Source of the DNA: an uncultured delta proteobacterium
GTDB taxonomy: Bacteria; Myxococcota_A; Polyangia; Polyangiales; Polyangiaceae
NCBI GenBank assembly: GCA_963696385.1
Contig: CAVOKF010000003.1
Location: 160,001-224,000 of the forward strand
DNA: 64,000 nucleotides
Direction of reading: 5' to 3'
Shown: one piece after another, positions 17,904 to 27,708 of the stretch
Layout of the letters: the number at the start of each line of letters is the position of its first letter
Numbering within the stretch: position 1 is the stretch's first letter
Notes under the pieces: model-generated
Databases searched by the model: none
Seen by the model: the letters and a program-made list of their open reading frames with translations, nothing else
What the model was told of the DNA's origin: nothing
Translations under genes and position numbers: made by a program

Positions 17904-18874
17904 CGACCGGCCTCCGGAAAGTACTCCTCCAGGCTAAAGTATCGCTCGCCCGTGTCAGGCAGGACGGTCACGACGTTCTTGCCCATTCCGAGCTCTCGCG
18001 CGACGTCGAGTGCAGCGTGAACCGCCGCGCCGGCGCTGATGCCCACGAGCAGCCCTTCACGGCGTGCGAGTTCGACCTTCATACGCCACGCGTCCGAGTC
18101 GCTGACCGTGCGCACCTCATCGACGACTTCGGGGTGATAATTTTTCGGAACGAAGCCTGCGCCGAGTCCCTGAATCTTGGTCGGGCCGCGCTCGTCGCGC
18201 GAAATGGTTGCGCAGGACTCAGGCTCGACGGCGACGATCCGGGGTCGGGGCGAAAGCTGGTGACGCAACGCTTTGCCCACACCGCTGATCGTTCCGCCCG
18301 TGCCCACCCCCGCCACGAACGCGTCGATATGCAAGCCGTCCATCGCTCGGATGATCTCCTGCGCCGTGGCGTGCTCATGAATGTTCGGGTTGGCCGCGTT
18401 CCCGAACTGATCCGGCAGGAACGCCCCAGGGGTCGTGTCTGCGAGGGCTCGCGCCGCAGAGACTGCCCCGGCCAGCTGTTCGGTCTCCGGCGTGAGCACG
18501 ACCTCGGCTCCGAACGCCTCGAGCAATTGGCGGCGCTCGAGGCTCATGCTCTCGGGCATCGCCAGAATGCACCGGTACCCACGAACCGCGCAGACCAAAG
18601 CAAGGCCGACTCCGGTGTTTCCGCTCGTGGGCTCCACCACGACACCGCCCGGCTTCAGACGTCCCGTGCGTTCCGCGTCGTCGATCATGGAAAGAGCAAT
18701 GCGGTCCTTGACCGACCCGGCCGGATTGGCCTGCTCCATCTTGGCCCAGACGGCCGCCCTGCGACCCGGGCGCCCGGGCGTGCGGATGGCGATGAGCGGC
18801 GTCTCGCCGACCAGATCGAGCACGCTTTCGGCCAGTAGGAGCGGAGGCGCCGAGGAGCGCTCAGGCATCGTCAT
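17900..18874 (-). CDS. cysK: Cysteine synthase A
   Basis: NPAGSVKDR, EPTSGNTG, MPESMSLERR, GVGTGGT, KIQGLG, PDTGERY. Confidence 0.93.
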   Translation of the reverse strand: MTMPERSSAPPLLLAESVLDLVGETPLIAIRTPGRPGRRAAVWAKMEQANPAGSVKDRIALSMIDDAERTGRLKPGGVVVEPTSGNTGVGLALVCAVRGYRCILAMPESMSLERRQLLEAFGAEVVLTPETEQLAGAVSAARALADTTPGAFLPDQFGNAANPNIHEHATAQEIIRAMDGLHIDAFVAGVGTGGTISGVGKALRHQLSPRPRIVAVEPESCATISRDERGPTKIQGLGAGFVPKNYHPEVVDEVRTVSDSDAWRMKVELARREGLLVGISAGAAVHAALDVARELGMGKNVVTVLPDTGERYFSLEEYFPEAGR

Positions 18875-18940
18875 GCAAACTTATTTCTAGCACGGTGACC
18901 CCCGCGGGCGGATCGGAGGCTGATTGCGTTATAGAAGCTC

Positions 18941-19936
18941 ATGCGCGGCTCCGACCACGCTCAATCGCTCCACGCCCTGCACCCTCCAATCGACCTGCAC
19001 GCCGACACACTCATGTGGTCGAGGTGGCTCGGCTACGACGTTCATAAGAGGCACCACGCTCCCCTTTGGCGTTCGGCACTCGGCGGACACGTGGACGTCC
19101 CGCGGATGCGAGACGGAGGCATCGGAGCGCAGTTTTTCAGCCTCGTCTCGCTGCCCATCGTACCCCACGCGGGCGGGCTGACGCGCGCTGTGAACGAGCA
19201 AATCGACATTCTTAACGAGTTCGTCCTGCGCGGTCCGCAGGACATCCGTCTTGCCCGCACTGCCGCTGAGGTCGAGCGGTGCCGCCGCGACGGCGTGATC
19301 GCGGCGCTTTTGGGCATCGAAGGCGCGCACGCCCTAGAGGGAGATCTCGACAAGATCCATGCCTTCGCGTGTCGAGGCGTACGTTACTTGGGCCTTCTGC
19401 ACTTCAGCGCGAACGACGCTGGCTACCCTGCCTACGGATCGGGCCGGCGGGATGAACAAGGGCTGACCCCCTGGGGGTTCGAGCTCATTCGACGCTGCGA
19501 GGCCGAGAATGTTCTCGTCGACCTTTCGCACATCAACCGTCGAGGCTTTCTCGATGCGTGCCGGGTCGCCTCCAGGCCGCCCATCGTCAGTCATACCGGC
19601 GTCCTCGGGGCCCACAAGCATTGGCGCAACATCGACGACGATCAGCTGCGCGCCGTGGCCGACAAAGGCGGCGTTGTCGGCGTCATTTTCTATCCACGTT
19701 ACCTCGGCGGCGAGGGATTGGAGCCCGTCGTCAAGCACTTCATGCACATTCTGAACGTTGTCGGAGAGGACGCCCCGGCGCTCGGGAGCGACTGGGACGG
19801 ATTCATCGTGCCGACGCGGCAGCTCTCCGACCCAGGCGGCTTGCCGCTCCTCACGGACGCTTTACTTCGCGCAGGCGTCACGGAGCGGGCCCTAAGCAAG
19901 ATCTTGCGCGGCAACGTCCTGAGAATCTTGTCGTAG
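18941..19936 (+). CDS. Membrane dipeptidase family (M19) metallopeptidase
   Basis: IDLHAD, GHVDVPRM, GIEGAH, VDLSH, VSHT, RNIDD, LGSDWDG. Confidence 0.92.
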   Translation: MRGSDHAQSLHALHPPIDLHADTLMWSRWLGYDVHKRHHAPLWRSALGGHVDVPRMRDGGIGAQFFSLVSLPIVPHAGGLTRAVNEQIDILNEFVLRGPQDIRLARTAAEVERCRRDGVIAALLGIEGAHALEGDLDKIHAFACRGVRYLGLLHFSANDAGYPAYGSGRRDEQGLTPWGFELIRRCEAENVLVDLSHINRRGFLDACRVASRPPIVSHTGVLGAHKHWRNIDDDQLRAVADKGGVVGVIFYPRYLGGEGLEPVVKHFMHILNVVGEDAPALGSDWDGFIVPTRQLSDPGGLPLLTDALLRAGVTERALSKILRGNVLRILS

Positions 19937-20013
19937 ACCCCCCCGAGCGGCACGGTCGAGCTGGGGGTTACCTAGACCCGTTGAAGGCGATACGCTAGCG
20001 TCGTGCTTCGTAG

Positions 20014-21291
20014 GTGACTGCCGCCATCGAACTCGTCGCGACCGCTGCGGCGACCGCCATTGGGTCGCTGTTCGCCGCGAGCGACGCCGCGCTGAGCGAG
20101 ATTCCCGAGGGACGAATGCAGGCGTTGAGCGCCGATCCCGGCGCCGCGGGAGCGGCTTTTCGGCGATTCACCGATGACCCCCAGCGCTTGCTTTCGCGTT
20201 GGTTGGTGGGGCGCGTCGTGGCCTTGAGCGTGGCCAGCGTACTGCTGAGCGACGCGGCCAGGCTGATGGGGCTCGATCGCTTTGCCCTTCCCGTGGCTGT
20301 CCTCGGCGCGGTCCTGACGTACGGCACATTCACGGAGATATTCGGTACCCTGGCGCGGCGACGTCCCGAACGCGTCGGAGCACTCGGACTCGCCTTCCTG
20401 CGCCCGCTCGAATGGGTGGTCGCTCCTCTCGCGGATCCCCTGGCCGTCCTCGGCCGGGCGGTGCGACGGCGCGTTCCCAAGTCGCGTCCGACCGACGCGC
20501 GCATTGCCGAGAGCGAAGTCGAGTGGGTCGTCAGCGAGGGGGAGAAGGCTGGAGCCATCGCAAACGAGCCGGCGGAGATGATCCGCAAGGTCCTCGACTT
20601 CAAGGACCTCACCGCCGAGGAAGTGATGGTCCCCAGGCGTCTGATTCGTGGCGTGGAAGTGGGTACGGCACTCGTGGACGTCGTGGCGCTCGTCGCCTCG
20701 GAGAAACATTCGCGTTACCCGGTCTTTCGAGAAAACCTCGATAACGTCGTGGCGCTTCTCTACGCCAAGGATTTGTTCGCCGTCATGCGCGACGGGCGCC
20801 TCGGCACCGCGAAGCTTTCAGAGATTGCGCGCACCCCCGTGCCTTTCGTGAGCCAGAACGAGCCGGCCGCGAAGGTCCTTCAGGATATGCGATCGCGTCG
20901 GCTGCACGTCGCCATCGTGAGCGACGAATTCGGAGGTACATCGGGCCTGGTCACGCTCGAGGACATTCTCCAGGAAATCGTCGGTGACATCCGCGCCGAG
21001 CATGACGTCGACGCTCTGATCCATGCGATCGGAGACGGGCGCGTCGTCGCGGACGCATCCGTCCATCTCGATGAGCTTTCTCGCGCGCTCGGCAAGCCGC
21101 TCCCCAACGACGGAGAGTTCGAGTCGCTCGGAGGCCTCATCGTGAGCCGCGCGGGCCACGTACCGCAGGTCGGTGCAACGCTCCAAGTGGACGGGCTCAA
21201 ACTCATCGTCCGCGAAGCCGACGCGACCCGTGTCGTGAAGGTGGAGATTGTACCTGACCGGGCGCTGCAGCCTGCGCCCACGATATCGTGA
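20014..21291 (+). CDS. Hemolysin/CNNM family protein (DUF21-CBS-CorC)
   Basis: N-terminal TM helices, EVMVPR, HSRYPV, DEFGGTSGLVTLEDI, ESLGG. Confidence 0.92.
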   Translation: MTAAIELVATAAATAIGSLFAASDAALSEIPEGRMQALSADPGAAGAAFRRFTDDPQRLLSRWLVGRVVALSVASVLLSDAARLMGLDRFALPVAVLGAVLTYGTFTEIFGTLARRRPERVGALGLAFLRPLEWVVAPLADPLAVLGRAVRRRVPKSRPTDARIAESEVEWVVSEGEKAGAIANEPAEMIRKVLDFKDLTAEEVMVPRRLIRGVEVGTALVDVVALVASEKHSRYPVFRENLDNVVALLYAKDLFAVMRDGRLGTAKLSEIARTPVPFVSQNEPAAKVLQDMRSRRLHVAIVSDEFGGTSGLVTLEDILQEIVGDIRAEHDVDALIHAIGDGRVVADASVHLDELSRALGKPLPNDGEFESLGGLIVSRAGHVPQVGATLQVDGLKLIVREADATRVVKVEIVPDRALQPAPTIS

Positions 21292-21689
21292 AGGCGCCGC
21301 GCCCCGACGCGATTCGGCTCTACACGTGCGTTCGGGACGTCAAGGCGCCGAGCCCACCTTTTGGGCTCGCCCACTGGAGTGACGACGCGACCGCGCTAGC
21401 GGTATGGCTCGAAACCGGCAGAGCCGAGGACCTCGCGGCGATTGCTGCCCAGATCCCGCAGGCGGACACGCTGGCCGCGAACGTGTCCGTCGCGATCCTG
21501 GGGACCGCCGTCCGTCGACGCGGAGTCTGGGGTCGGGTCTTCGGCCTTGGCACGGTCATCGTTTCCACGGACGTCCGTTGCACGGCCCTGCTGGTGCGCG
21601 GCTACGTCGACATCGGTGCGGAGCCGACGATGCACCGCGGTGCATGCGTCGTCTGGGGACGGTCGCCCGAAGCCGATCGCGCTGGATAG
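21288..21689 (+). CDS. Hypothetical protein
   Basis: GTGA overlap with the upstream gene; fills the gap before the convergent gene. Confidence 0.6.
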   Translation: MKAPRPDAIRLYTCVRDVKAPSPPFGLAHWSDDATALAVWLETGRAEDLAAIAAQIPQADTLAANVSVAILGTAVRRRGVWGRVFGLGTVIVSTDVRCTALLVRGYVDIGAEPTMHRGACVVWGRSPEADRAG

Positions 21690-21741
21690 CCATGCGCGAG
21701 AGCGCATCCAAAAGCGGGATCCGCCTCGCCGCGACCGGCGG

Positions 21742-22908
21742 TCAGTTCACCTTGTTCAATTGATCGGCCAGCTTGGCCGCCGTGTCGGCCAGGCCCGGCT
21801 TCGGCTCCGAGATGGCTTCGCCTTCGGCTCGTTGGCCCTGAATATCGTCGACGACCGAGTTCATCGAGCTGATGAGCTGTGCGATTTGACCCCGCGTTGC
21901 GCTCGGACAGACCTTCTCGAAGGTGTTGGGCACGATGGTGATCGCCGCGCCTTCCTTGGGGACTTTGTCCGTCGAGAGACGCGGAAGCTTGACATTGCCT
22001 CCGCCACGCGGATTCGCAAACGTCAGTTCGCTGGGGACGCCGTTCTTGTCGTCCGGTGCGATGGGAGTTGCGAGCGGAGCGAGGAATGCCCCAGAGGAGG
22101 GCGTGTCCTTGTCGACGACCACGACGTACGAGACGGGCAGCTGGCCGGGCGGGCGGCTCAACTCCTCGGTGATCGGCTTCTGCAACTTGCTCAGCAGCGA
22201 GACGATGAGATCCTTTTTGTCGTTGAGGGTCTGCACGCGCGTAATGAACTCAAACAGAAGCCGCGTCGTATCCGCAGGCACGCCGCTGAAGCGCCGGCCA
22301 AAGAGCTTGTCGCCGCCGAAATCGACGTTCAATCCCGAAAGCTGCTGACCGAGATCCGCCGGGAACTTGCGATCGGCGATCAACGTCTTACCGCCGTCTT
22401 GAAGTTTTTGCCTGAGCTCTTCAAGCGAGGTCTTGGCCTTGACGACGTCCGCCGCCAGGTCGTGCGCATCATGCACGCCCTGCATCCGTGCGGCCCCCTG
22501 GGAAGTTGCGCTGCCGCCGACGTACCCGAGAACGCCGAACACCCCCGCGACGACTATCCCCGCCATGAGTCCGCGCTTGAAGCCTCCGCTGCGAGCCTGC
22601 CGAACGACTCCTTCATCGAGCTCGATGAGCTGCGGCTGCATCGGCGAGGCGGCCACGGCTTGGGCGAACGGTTGGGCCACGGCCGCCAACTGGCCGGCGA
22701 CGTCAAGGCCCGGAGGACGACCCGAGACCGATCGCTGCGGCGCTCCCGAAGGCATCGATCCGGGCGGAAGCGAGGGACCTCTCAGCCCCGAGGGGCCCAC
22801 GGCGGGAGGCATACTCCCACTTGGAGGCGGCGGCGTCGGCCCCGGGGGACCACCCATCTTTTGCAGACGGGACTTCAAATCAATCTTCGGCTTTCTGTCT
22901 TCCGCCAT
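21742..22908 (-). CDS. Hypothetical bitopic membrane protein with a Pro-rich N-terminus and helical periplasmic part
   Basis: Strong GC3 codon bias; single TM GLMAGIVVAGVFGVLGYVGG; candidate promoter upstream. Confidence 0.8.
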   Translation of the reverse strand: MAEDRKPKIDLKSRLQKMGGPPGPTPPPPSGSMPPAVGPSGLRGPSLPPGSMPSGAPQRSVSGRPPGLDVAGQLAAVAQPFAQAVAASPMQPQLIELDEGVVRQARSGGFKRGLMAGIVVAGVFGVLGYVGGSATSQGAARMQGVHDAHDLAADVVKAKTSLEELRQKLQDGGKTLIADRKFPADLGQQLSGLNVDFGGDKLFGRRFSGVPADTTRLLFEFITRVQTLNDKKDLIVSLLSKLQKPITEELSRPPGQLPVSYVVVVDKDTPSSGAFLAPLATPIAPDDKNGVPSELTFANPRGGGNVKLPRLSTDKVPKEGAAITIVPNTFEKVCPSATRGQIAQLISSMNSVVDDIQGQRAEGEAISEPKPGLADTAAKLADQLNKVN

Positions 22909-22920
22909 CGTGAGTTCGCG

Positions 22921-22950
22921 ACCTTACGTGCCCCCATACTCGAATGTCAA
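22921..22950 (-). promoter_or_regulatory. Candidate sigma70 promoter for the 21742-22908 gene
   Basis: Minus strand TTGACA-18 nt-TAAGGT ending 12 nt upstream of the ATG. Confidence 0.5.
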
Positions 22951-23304
22951 CGTGACCGGCGTCCGGCGCCGGGGGCTTTTTTTCGTCCGCCGCTCGTCTG
23001 CCGCCCGCGCCAGAAACGTCCGTTGCGCACCGCTCCGCAACGCCCTCTGCCGTACGTCGGTCGTGTCGCACAATCGCGCCCATTTGACCATGTTTTCGAG
23101 AACCGCCAGCAAGCTTCCGAACAGCCAGGCCCCACGGCGGCGACAGGGTCGCGTCGTTTGCTCCCACGATTGTTGCGGCTGCTCCATCCACTCCACCTCG
23201 GCGGAGCGAGCTCCGAGCGCAGCGAAGCGCTCAGGGGTGGGGCGAGTTTCTGACAGGCGGCGTAAGGTCGAGTTTATGACTAGGCTCGGACCTGACCGAA
23301 AGCG

Positions 23305-23907
23305 ATGAGCCTGCGCGTCTTGGTGATCGACAACTACGACTCGTTCACGTTCAACCTGGTGCAATACCTCGGAGAGCTCGGTGCGAGCGTCGAGGTACAC
23401 AAGAATGATGCCATCGGCGTCACGGGAGTTCGTGCAGCAGACCCGGATGCCATTGTCATCTCCCCGGGGCCATGCACTCCGAATGAGGCCGGTGTTTCGC
23501 TTGATTTAATCCGACAACTGGCCGGTTCCTCGCCGATTTTGGGCGTCTGCCTTGGCCATCAGGCCATCGGACAGGCTTACGGAGGGCGGGTCGTCCGCGC
23601 GGAGCGACTCATGCACGGAAAGACGTCTCCCATTTTGCACGATGGCCGTGACCTCTTCGAGGGCATCGCATCGCCGTTTGACGCTACGCGCTATCATTCG
23701 CTCCTGGTCGAGCGCGAATCCCTACCCGCATGCTTGGAGGTGAGCGCGTGGACCGAAGATGGCGAGATCATGGGCCTCAGGCACCGCGAGCACCCCGTGC
23801 AGGGGGTGCAATTCCATCCTGAAAGCATCCTGACCCTTCCAGGCAAGCAACTGGTGGCCAACTGGCTTCAGCGCATCGCCGGCTTCCGTGGTTCGATTTG
23901 CGATTGA
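23305..23907 (+). CDS. trpG: Anthranilate/aminodeoxychorismate synthase component II
   Basis: [33 protein letters not shown]; adjacent to trpD. Confidence 0.92.
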   Translation: MSLRVLVIDNYDSFTFNLVQYLGELGASVEVHKNDAIGVTGVRAADPDAIVISPGPCTPNEAGVSLDLIRQLAGSSPILGVCLGHQAIGQAYGGRVVRAERLMHGKTSPILHDGRDLFEGIASPFDATRYHSLLVERESLPACLEVSAWTEDGEIMGLRHREHPVQGVQFHPESILTLPGKQLVANWLQRIAGFRGSICD

Positions 23908-23918
23908 GCTGGGGCCCG

Positions 23919-24953
23919 ATGAGGGGGAGTTTCCCGGAGGCGCTCGCTCGACTCCTGTCGTCGGCACCGATTGCGAAGGGAGAGGTTCGGAGCGCGTTCG
24001 ACGAGATCTTCGCCGGCCGGTGGACGGCGGTGCAAGTCGGAGCGTTTGCGGTGGCGCTGCGCATGAAGGGCGAGCCCGCCGAAGCCATCGTGGCCGGAGC
24101 TGAGGCTCTGCGGGCGACGATGACGGTTGTGGATCACGACTTTCCAATCGTCGTCGACACTTGCGGCACCGGAGGGGATGGGGCGCAAACGCTCAACCTT
24201 TCGAGCGGCGCCGCGCTGGTCGTCGCGGCATGCGAACTGCCGGTCGCCAAGCACGGCAATCGGTCCGCCTCGAGCCGTTGCGGGAGCGCCGATGTGTTCG
24301 AGGCGATGGGCATCCCCATCGACTTATCCCCGGCCCTCCAGGCCGATGTCTTTCGCGAAGCGGGCATTGCGTTCCTCTTTGCCCAAGCGCACCACCCGGC
24401 CCTTCGACACGCCGCGCAAGCGCGCAGGGAGCTCGGTACCCGAACGATTTTCAACGCACTGGGGCCGCTCGCGAACCCTGCTCGTCCCACCCATCAACTC
24501 GTCGGCGTTTACGAAGATTCGCTCAGGCCGATCGCCGCGCGCGCCCTCGGTATGTTGGGTGTACGGCATGCTTGGGTCGTACGGGGTGAGGACGGCCTCG
24601 ACGAGGTAAGCCCGTGCGCGCCCACGCGCGTGAGCGAATGGAAGGTTGCCGAAGGCGATGTTCGCGAACGCATCGTGACTCCGGAAGACTTCGGGTTGTC
24701 GCGACTCGCCCGAGCCGCCGTCCTGGGAGGCGAGGTCGAGGAGAACGCGCGCGCGCTCGACGCCATCATCAACGGCCAGCCCCATCCCGCCCGGGACGCG
24801 GTCCTGCTCAACGCCGCCGCGGCGCTTGCCATCGCGACGGGCGACGAGTTGCGAGGGTGCACCGAGCGCGCCCGACGCGCCGTCGACAGCGGCGCTGCGC
24901 GAGAGACCCTCGAACGATGGAGGCGCGTGGCACATCGCGCGCGCATGGCTTGA
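23919..24953 (+). CDS. trpD: Anthranilate phosphoribosyltransferase
   Basis: DTCGTGGDG, KHGNRS, GSAD, RTIFNALGPLANP, GLDE. Confidence 0.95.
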   Translation: MRGSFPEALARLLSSAPIAKGEVRSAFDEIFAGRWTAVQVGAFAVALRMKGEPAEAIVAGAEALRATMTVVDHDFPIVVDTCGTGGDGAQTLNLSSGAALVVAACELPVAKHGNRSASSRCGSADVFEAMGIPIDLSPALQADVFREAGIAFLFAQAHHPALRHAAQARRELGTRTIFNALGPLANPARPTHQLVGVYEDSLRPIAARALGMLGVRHAWVVRGEDGLDEVSPCAPTRVSEWKVAEGDVRERIVTPEDFGLSRLARAAVLGGEVEENARALDAIINGQPHPARDAVLLNAAAALAIATGDELRGCTERARRAVDSGAARETLERWRRVAHRARMA

Positions 24954-25759
24954 GTCGGCTGGCCGCCATCGTCGAATCCAAGGTCCGCGAAGTTCAGGCG
25001 CTTCGTGGAACCCCCCGCACTCGGTCGCGCCGGGATCCGCTCGGGATTGGGCCCGCGCTGCACCGCGGTCCGGGCGGAGAACTGCGCCTCATCGCCGAAG
25101 TCAAGCTGCGAAGTCCGAGCGCGGGGCTGCTTTCGCGTGCGCTCGATCCCGCTGCGCGCGCGGCGGCGTACGCTGAAGCGGGCGCGTCGATGGTGAGCGT
25201 GCTCTGCGACGGGCCGTTCTTCGACGGCTCATGGCAGCACCTCTCGGCGGTGCGCGAGCGTCTCGACGCGGCGGGCTACAGGACGCCCTTGCTCGCCAAG
25301 GAGTTCGTCATCGACCCGCGACAGATTCAGGAGGCACGAGACCGGGGTGCCGACGCCGTACTCCTCATCGCCCGCATCGTGGACGCGGCGGCGCTGATGG
25401 CACTTGCTCGCGTCGCGCGAGACGAGGGCATCGAGCCTTTCATCGAAGTCGTCGACGCCCGGGAGATCGAAGCGGCCCTTTGCGCGGACGCGTGCATCGT
25501 GGGGGTCAACGCGCGCGACCTCGACACCCTTGCCATGGACGCCGCTCGCGCGGAGAGTGTCCTCGCCTCGATCCCCCAAGGCGTCGTTGCGGTGCACCTG
25601 TCCGGCTTGCGTGAGGCGAGTGACGTCGCCGCCATCGCTCGTGGTCGCGCAGACGCGGCTCTCGTCGGCGAAGCGTTGATGCGTGACGACGACCCCAGGC
25701 CCCGCCTGCGGGCGCTCGTCGCCGCGGGGCGACCGCCAAATGTTTCGCCGCGCGAGTGA
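24950..25759 (+). CDS. trpC: Indole-3-glycerol-phosphate synthase
   Basis: IAEVKLRSPSAG, SVL, KEFVID, GADAVLLI, GVNARDL, LVGEALM; TTG overlapping the trpD stop. Confidence 0.92.
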   Translation: MSRLAAIVESKVREVQALRGTPRTRSRRDPLGIGPALHRGPGGELRLIAEVKLRSPSAGLLSRALDPAARAAAYAEAGASMVSVLCDGPFFDGSWQHLSAVRERLDAAGYRTPLLAKEFVIDPRQIQEARDRGADAVLLIARIVDAAALMALARVARDEGIEPFIEVVDAREIEAALCADACIVGVNARDLDTLAMDAARAESVLASIPQGVVAVHLSGLREASDVAAIARGRADAALVGEALMRDDDPRPRLRALVAAGRPPNVSPRE

Positions 25760-26695
25760 TTGTCGCCTACGATCGACCGTAGCTTGGAACTGCACGGTTG
25801 GATTGACGCGTACCTCAACCACCTGCGCGTCGAGCGACTTCTGGCGCGCAACACGCTCGATGCTTACGCAAACGATTTGAATGCGCTGGCTCGTCACGTC
25901 GGGGCCGAAGTGGACCCGGCTCGGGTCGGGGCCGAAGTGATCGGATCGCTGCTGCTCGAAAATGTGGAGCGGCACGGATTGAGTGCACGATCGAGCGCGC
26001 GCCAGCTATCGGCCATTCGCGGACTGTTCCGATTTCTCGTCCGCGAGCGCGCCATCCCCGAGGACCCCACTCGGCTCCTCGATCGGCCGCGCGTAACTCG
26101 GAACCTTCCGCGGATTCTCTCGTTCGATCAGGTCGATCGCTTGCTCGCGGCGCCCGACTGCACCACCGACAGAGGCTGCCTGCACGCCGCCATGCTGCAT
26201 CTGATGTACGCATCCGGCCTACGGGTCAGTGAGCTATGCGCCTTGTCCGTCGCCGATCTGGATCGACAGCGCGGCGTCGTCCGGGCTCGCGGAAAGGGTG
26301 GCAAACGGCGCCTCGTTCCGGTGGGCGAGGTCGCGTTGGCGCACGTCGGCCACTACCTCGACGTCGTTCGTCCCAAGGCACGTGTCGAGATGCCATCGGT
26401 TCTGTTTCTGTCGCCCCGTGGGGGCCCATTCACTCGCGAAGGCTTCTGGAAGCTCGTGCGCCGGTACGCCGTAGGGGCTGGCATATTGCCCCTGCCCTCT
26501 CCGCACAAGCTGCGGCACTCGTTTGCAACGCATTTGCTGCGCGGCGGTGCCGATCTACGCGCCGTGCAAGCCATGTTGGGACATGCCGACTTGGGTACGA
26601 CCGAAATCTATACACATATTAGCCCCGAGCACGTGCGCGAAGCGCATGCCAAAGCCCATCCGCGCGGCCTGGGGCGCCAGGGGTCCGTTTCGTAA
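25760..26695 (+). CDS. xerD: Site-specific tyrosine recombinase XerD
   Basis: YASGLRVSEL, GKGGKRRLVP, TREGFW, SPHKLRHSFATHLL, LGHADLGTTEIYTH. Confidence 0.9.
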   Translation: MSPTIDRSLELHGWIDAYLNHLRVERLLARNTLDAYANDLNALARHVGAEVDPARVGAEVIGSLLLENVERHGLSARSSARQLSAIRGLFRFLVRERAIPEDPTRLLDRPRVTRNLPRILSFDQVDRLLAAPDCTTDRGCLHAAMLHLMYASGLRVSELCALSVADLDRQRGVVRARGKGGKRRLVPVGEVALAHVGHYLDVVRPKARVEMPSVLFLSPRGGPFTREGFWKLVRRYAVGAGILPLPSPHKLRHSFATHLLRGGADLRAVQAMLGHADLGTTEIYTHISPEHVREAHAKAHPRGLGRQGSVS

Positions 26696-26755
26696 GGGCA
26701 AGGGCGAATGGGCGGGAGCGAATTCGGGGGTCGGGCGGAGCCCAAAGGACAGATC
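26677..26755. repeat. MITE-like repeat fragment overlapping the xerD 3' end
   Basis: CCAGGGGTCCGTTTCGTAAG is the reverse complement of 3458-3477 (19/20); GCGGGAGCG..TTCGGGGGT.GGGCGG.GCCC core as at about 1903-1940. Confidence 0.65.
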
Positions 26756-26864
26756 TCGTCTCGCGCACCGCCGAGTCGCGAAGCGAAGCCATCGCGCCGC
26801 GATGGCTGGAGGGTGCATCGACGGCGGTGCACGGGTGCGCGCCATGCTAGTTTCGCCCTCGGCC

Positions 26865-27704
26865 ATGCGCGCTCCGTTTGAGCGAATCGATCCCGTGGCG
26901 CCCGAGACACCCGTCGTCGTCGAGGTACCGCACGCCGGGCTCGAAATGCCCGCCCCGTTTCTGGAGCCGCTAGCCGCTCCCGCGCGCTCGATCGCGCGAG
27001 ACGCTGATTTGTATGTGGACGGGCTTTACGAAGACGCTCCGGCGGAAGGCGCAACCCTACTCGTGGCCCGAGCGTCACGTTATGTCATCGACTTGAATCG
27101 TGCCGAGGGCGATGTGGACGCCGAGGTCGTCGAGGGCGGACGGGCCGACAGCCGGATGCAGCACGGGCTCGTGTGGCGCACGACGAGCGACGGCGAACGG
27201 GCGCTGGTTCGACGCCTGACGTCTACCGAGCTCACGGAGCGGCTCGATCTGGTGTGGCGCCCTTATCATCGCGAGCTGAGCGCCATCGTCGAGCGCAAAC
27301 GAATCCGCTTCGGGTTCGCCATATTGCTCGCCGCTCACTCGATGCCAAGCGTCGAGCGGGGATCGCGAGGCGCACCGGGCCGCGAACCCGGCTCGAGCGG
27401 CCGCAGAGCCGACGTCGTACCCGGGTCACGCGGCCGCAAGAGTGCGGGGGCACCGTTCATCGCGGCGATCGAGGACCACGCCATTGCCCACGGATGGAGC
27501 GTGCGGCATGACGACCCCTACGCGGGTGGCTTCACGACGCAGTACTACGGCCGGCCGGCTCAACATGTCCATGCCGTTCAGCTCGAGCTCTCTCGCCGCC
27601 TGTATCTGGACGAGGTGTCCCTTCGGCCGCTCGCGAGCTTCGGCGCCGTCCGGGACTGGTGCCGCAGCCTCGTTGCACGGCTCGGTCGAATGGATGCGGC
27701 CTAA
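26865..27704 (+). CDS. N-formylglutamate amidohydrolase
   Basis: VPHAG, DLYVD, SRYVIDLNR, PYH, HSMPS, PYAGG, QLE. Confidence 0.9.
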   Translation: MRAPFERIDPVAPETPVVVEVPHAGLEMPAPFLEPLAAPARSIARDADLYVDGLYEDAPAEGATLLVARASRYVIDLNRAEGDVDAEVVEGGRADSRMQHGLVWRTTSDGERALVRRLTSTELTERLDLVWRPYHRELSAIVERKRIRFGFAILLAAHSMPSVERGSRGAPGREPGSSGRRADVVPGSRGRKSAGAPFIAAIEDHAIAHGWSVRHDDPYAGGFTTQYYGRPAQHVHAVQLELSRRLYLDEVSLRPLASFGAVRDWCRSLVARLGRMDAA

Positions 27705-27708
27705 GTAC

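Noticed and set aside
21442..23253. 603-aa plus-strand ORF, and similar long ORFs such as 42713-44557, 32194-33567, 29235-30524 and 15379-16584
   Set aside because: Antisense or alternative-frame shadows of real genes; Arg/Pro-rich with no motifs, as expected in high-GC DNA.
22956..23304. trp attenuator or leader peptide upstream of trpG (hairpin plus T-run at 22956-22983)
   Set aside because: No Trp-rich leader ORF seen; the stem is short, separated from the T-run and over 300 nt from trpG.
25760..26695. Tyrosine recombinase as an integrase of a prophage or island
   Set aside because: Length and motifs fit housekeeping XerD; it abuts trpC; no att repeats, tRNA, phage genes or compositional shift.
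26523..26864. N-terminal extensions in the ORF track (amidohydrolase, also gmk 7787, trpC 24614, kamE 55373, permease 51626)
   Set aside because: They overlap upstream genes or repeats and lack family similarity; downstream starts fit coupling or RBS better.
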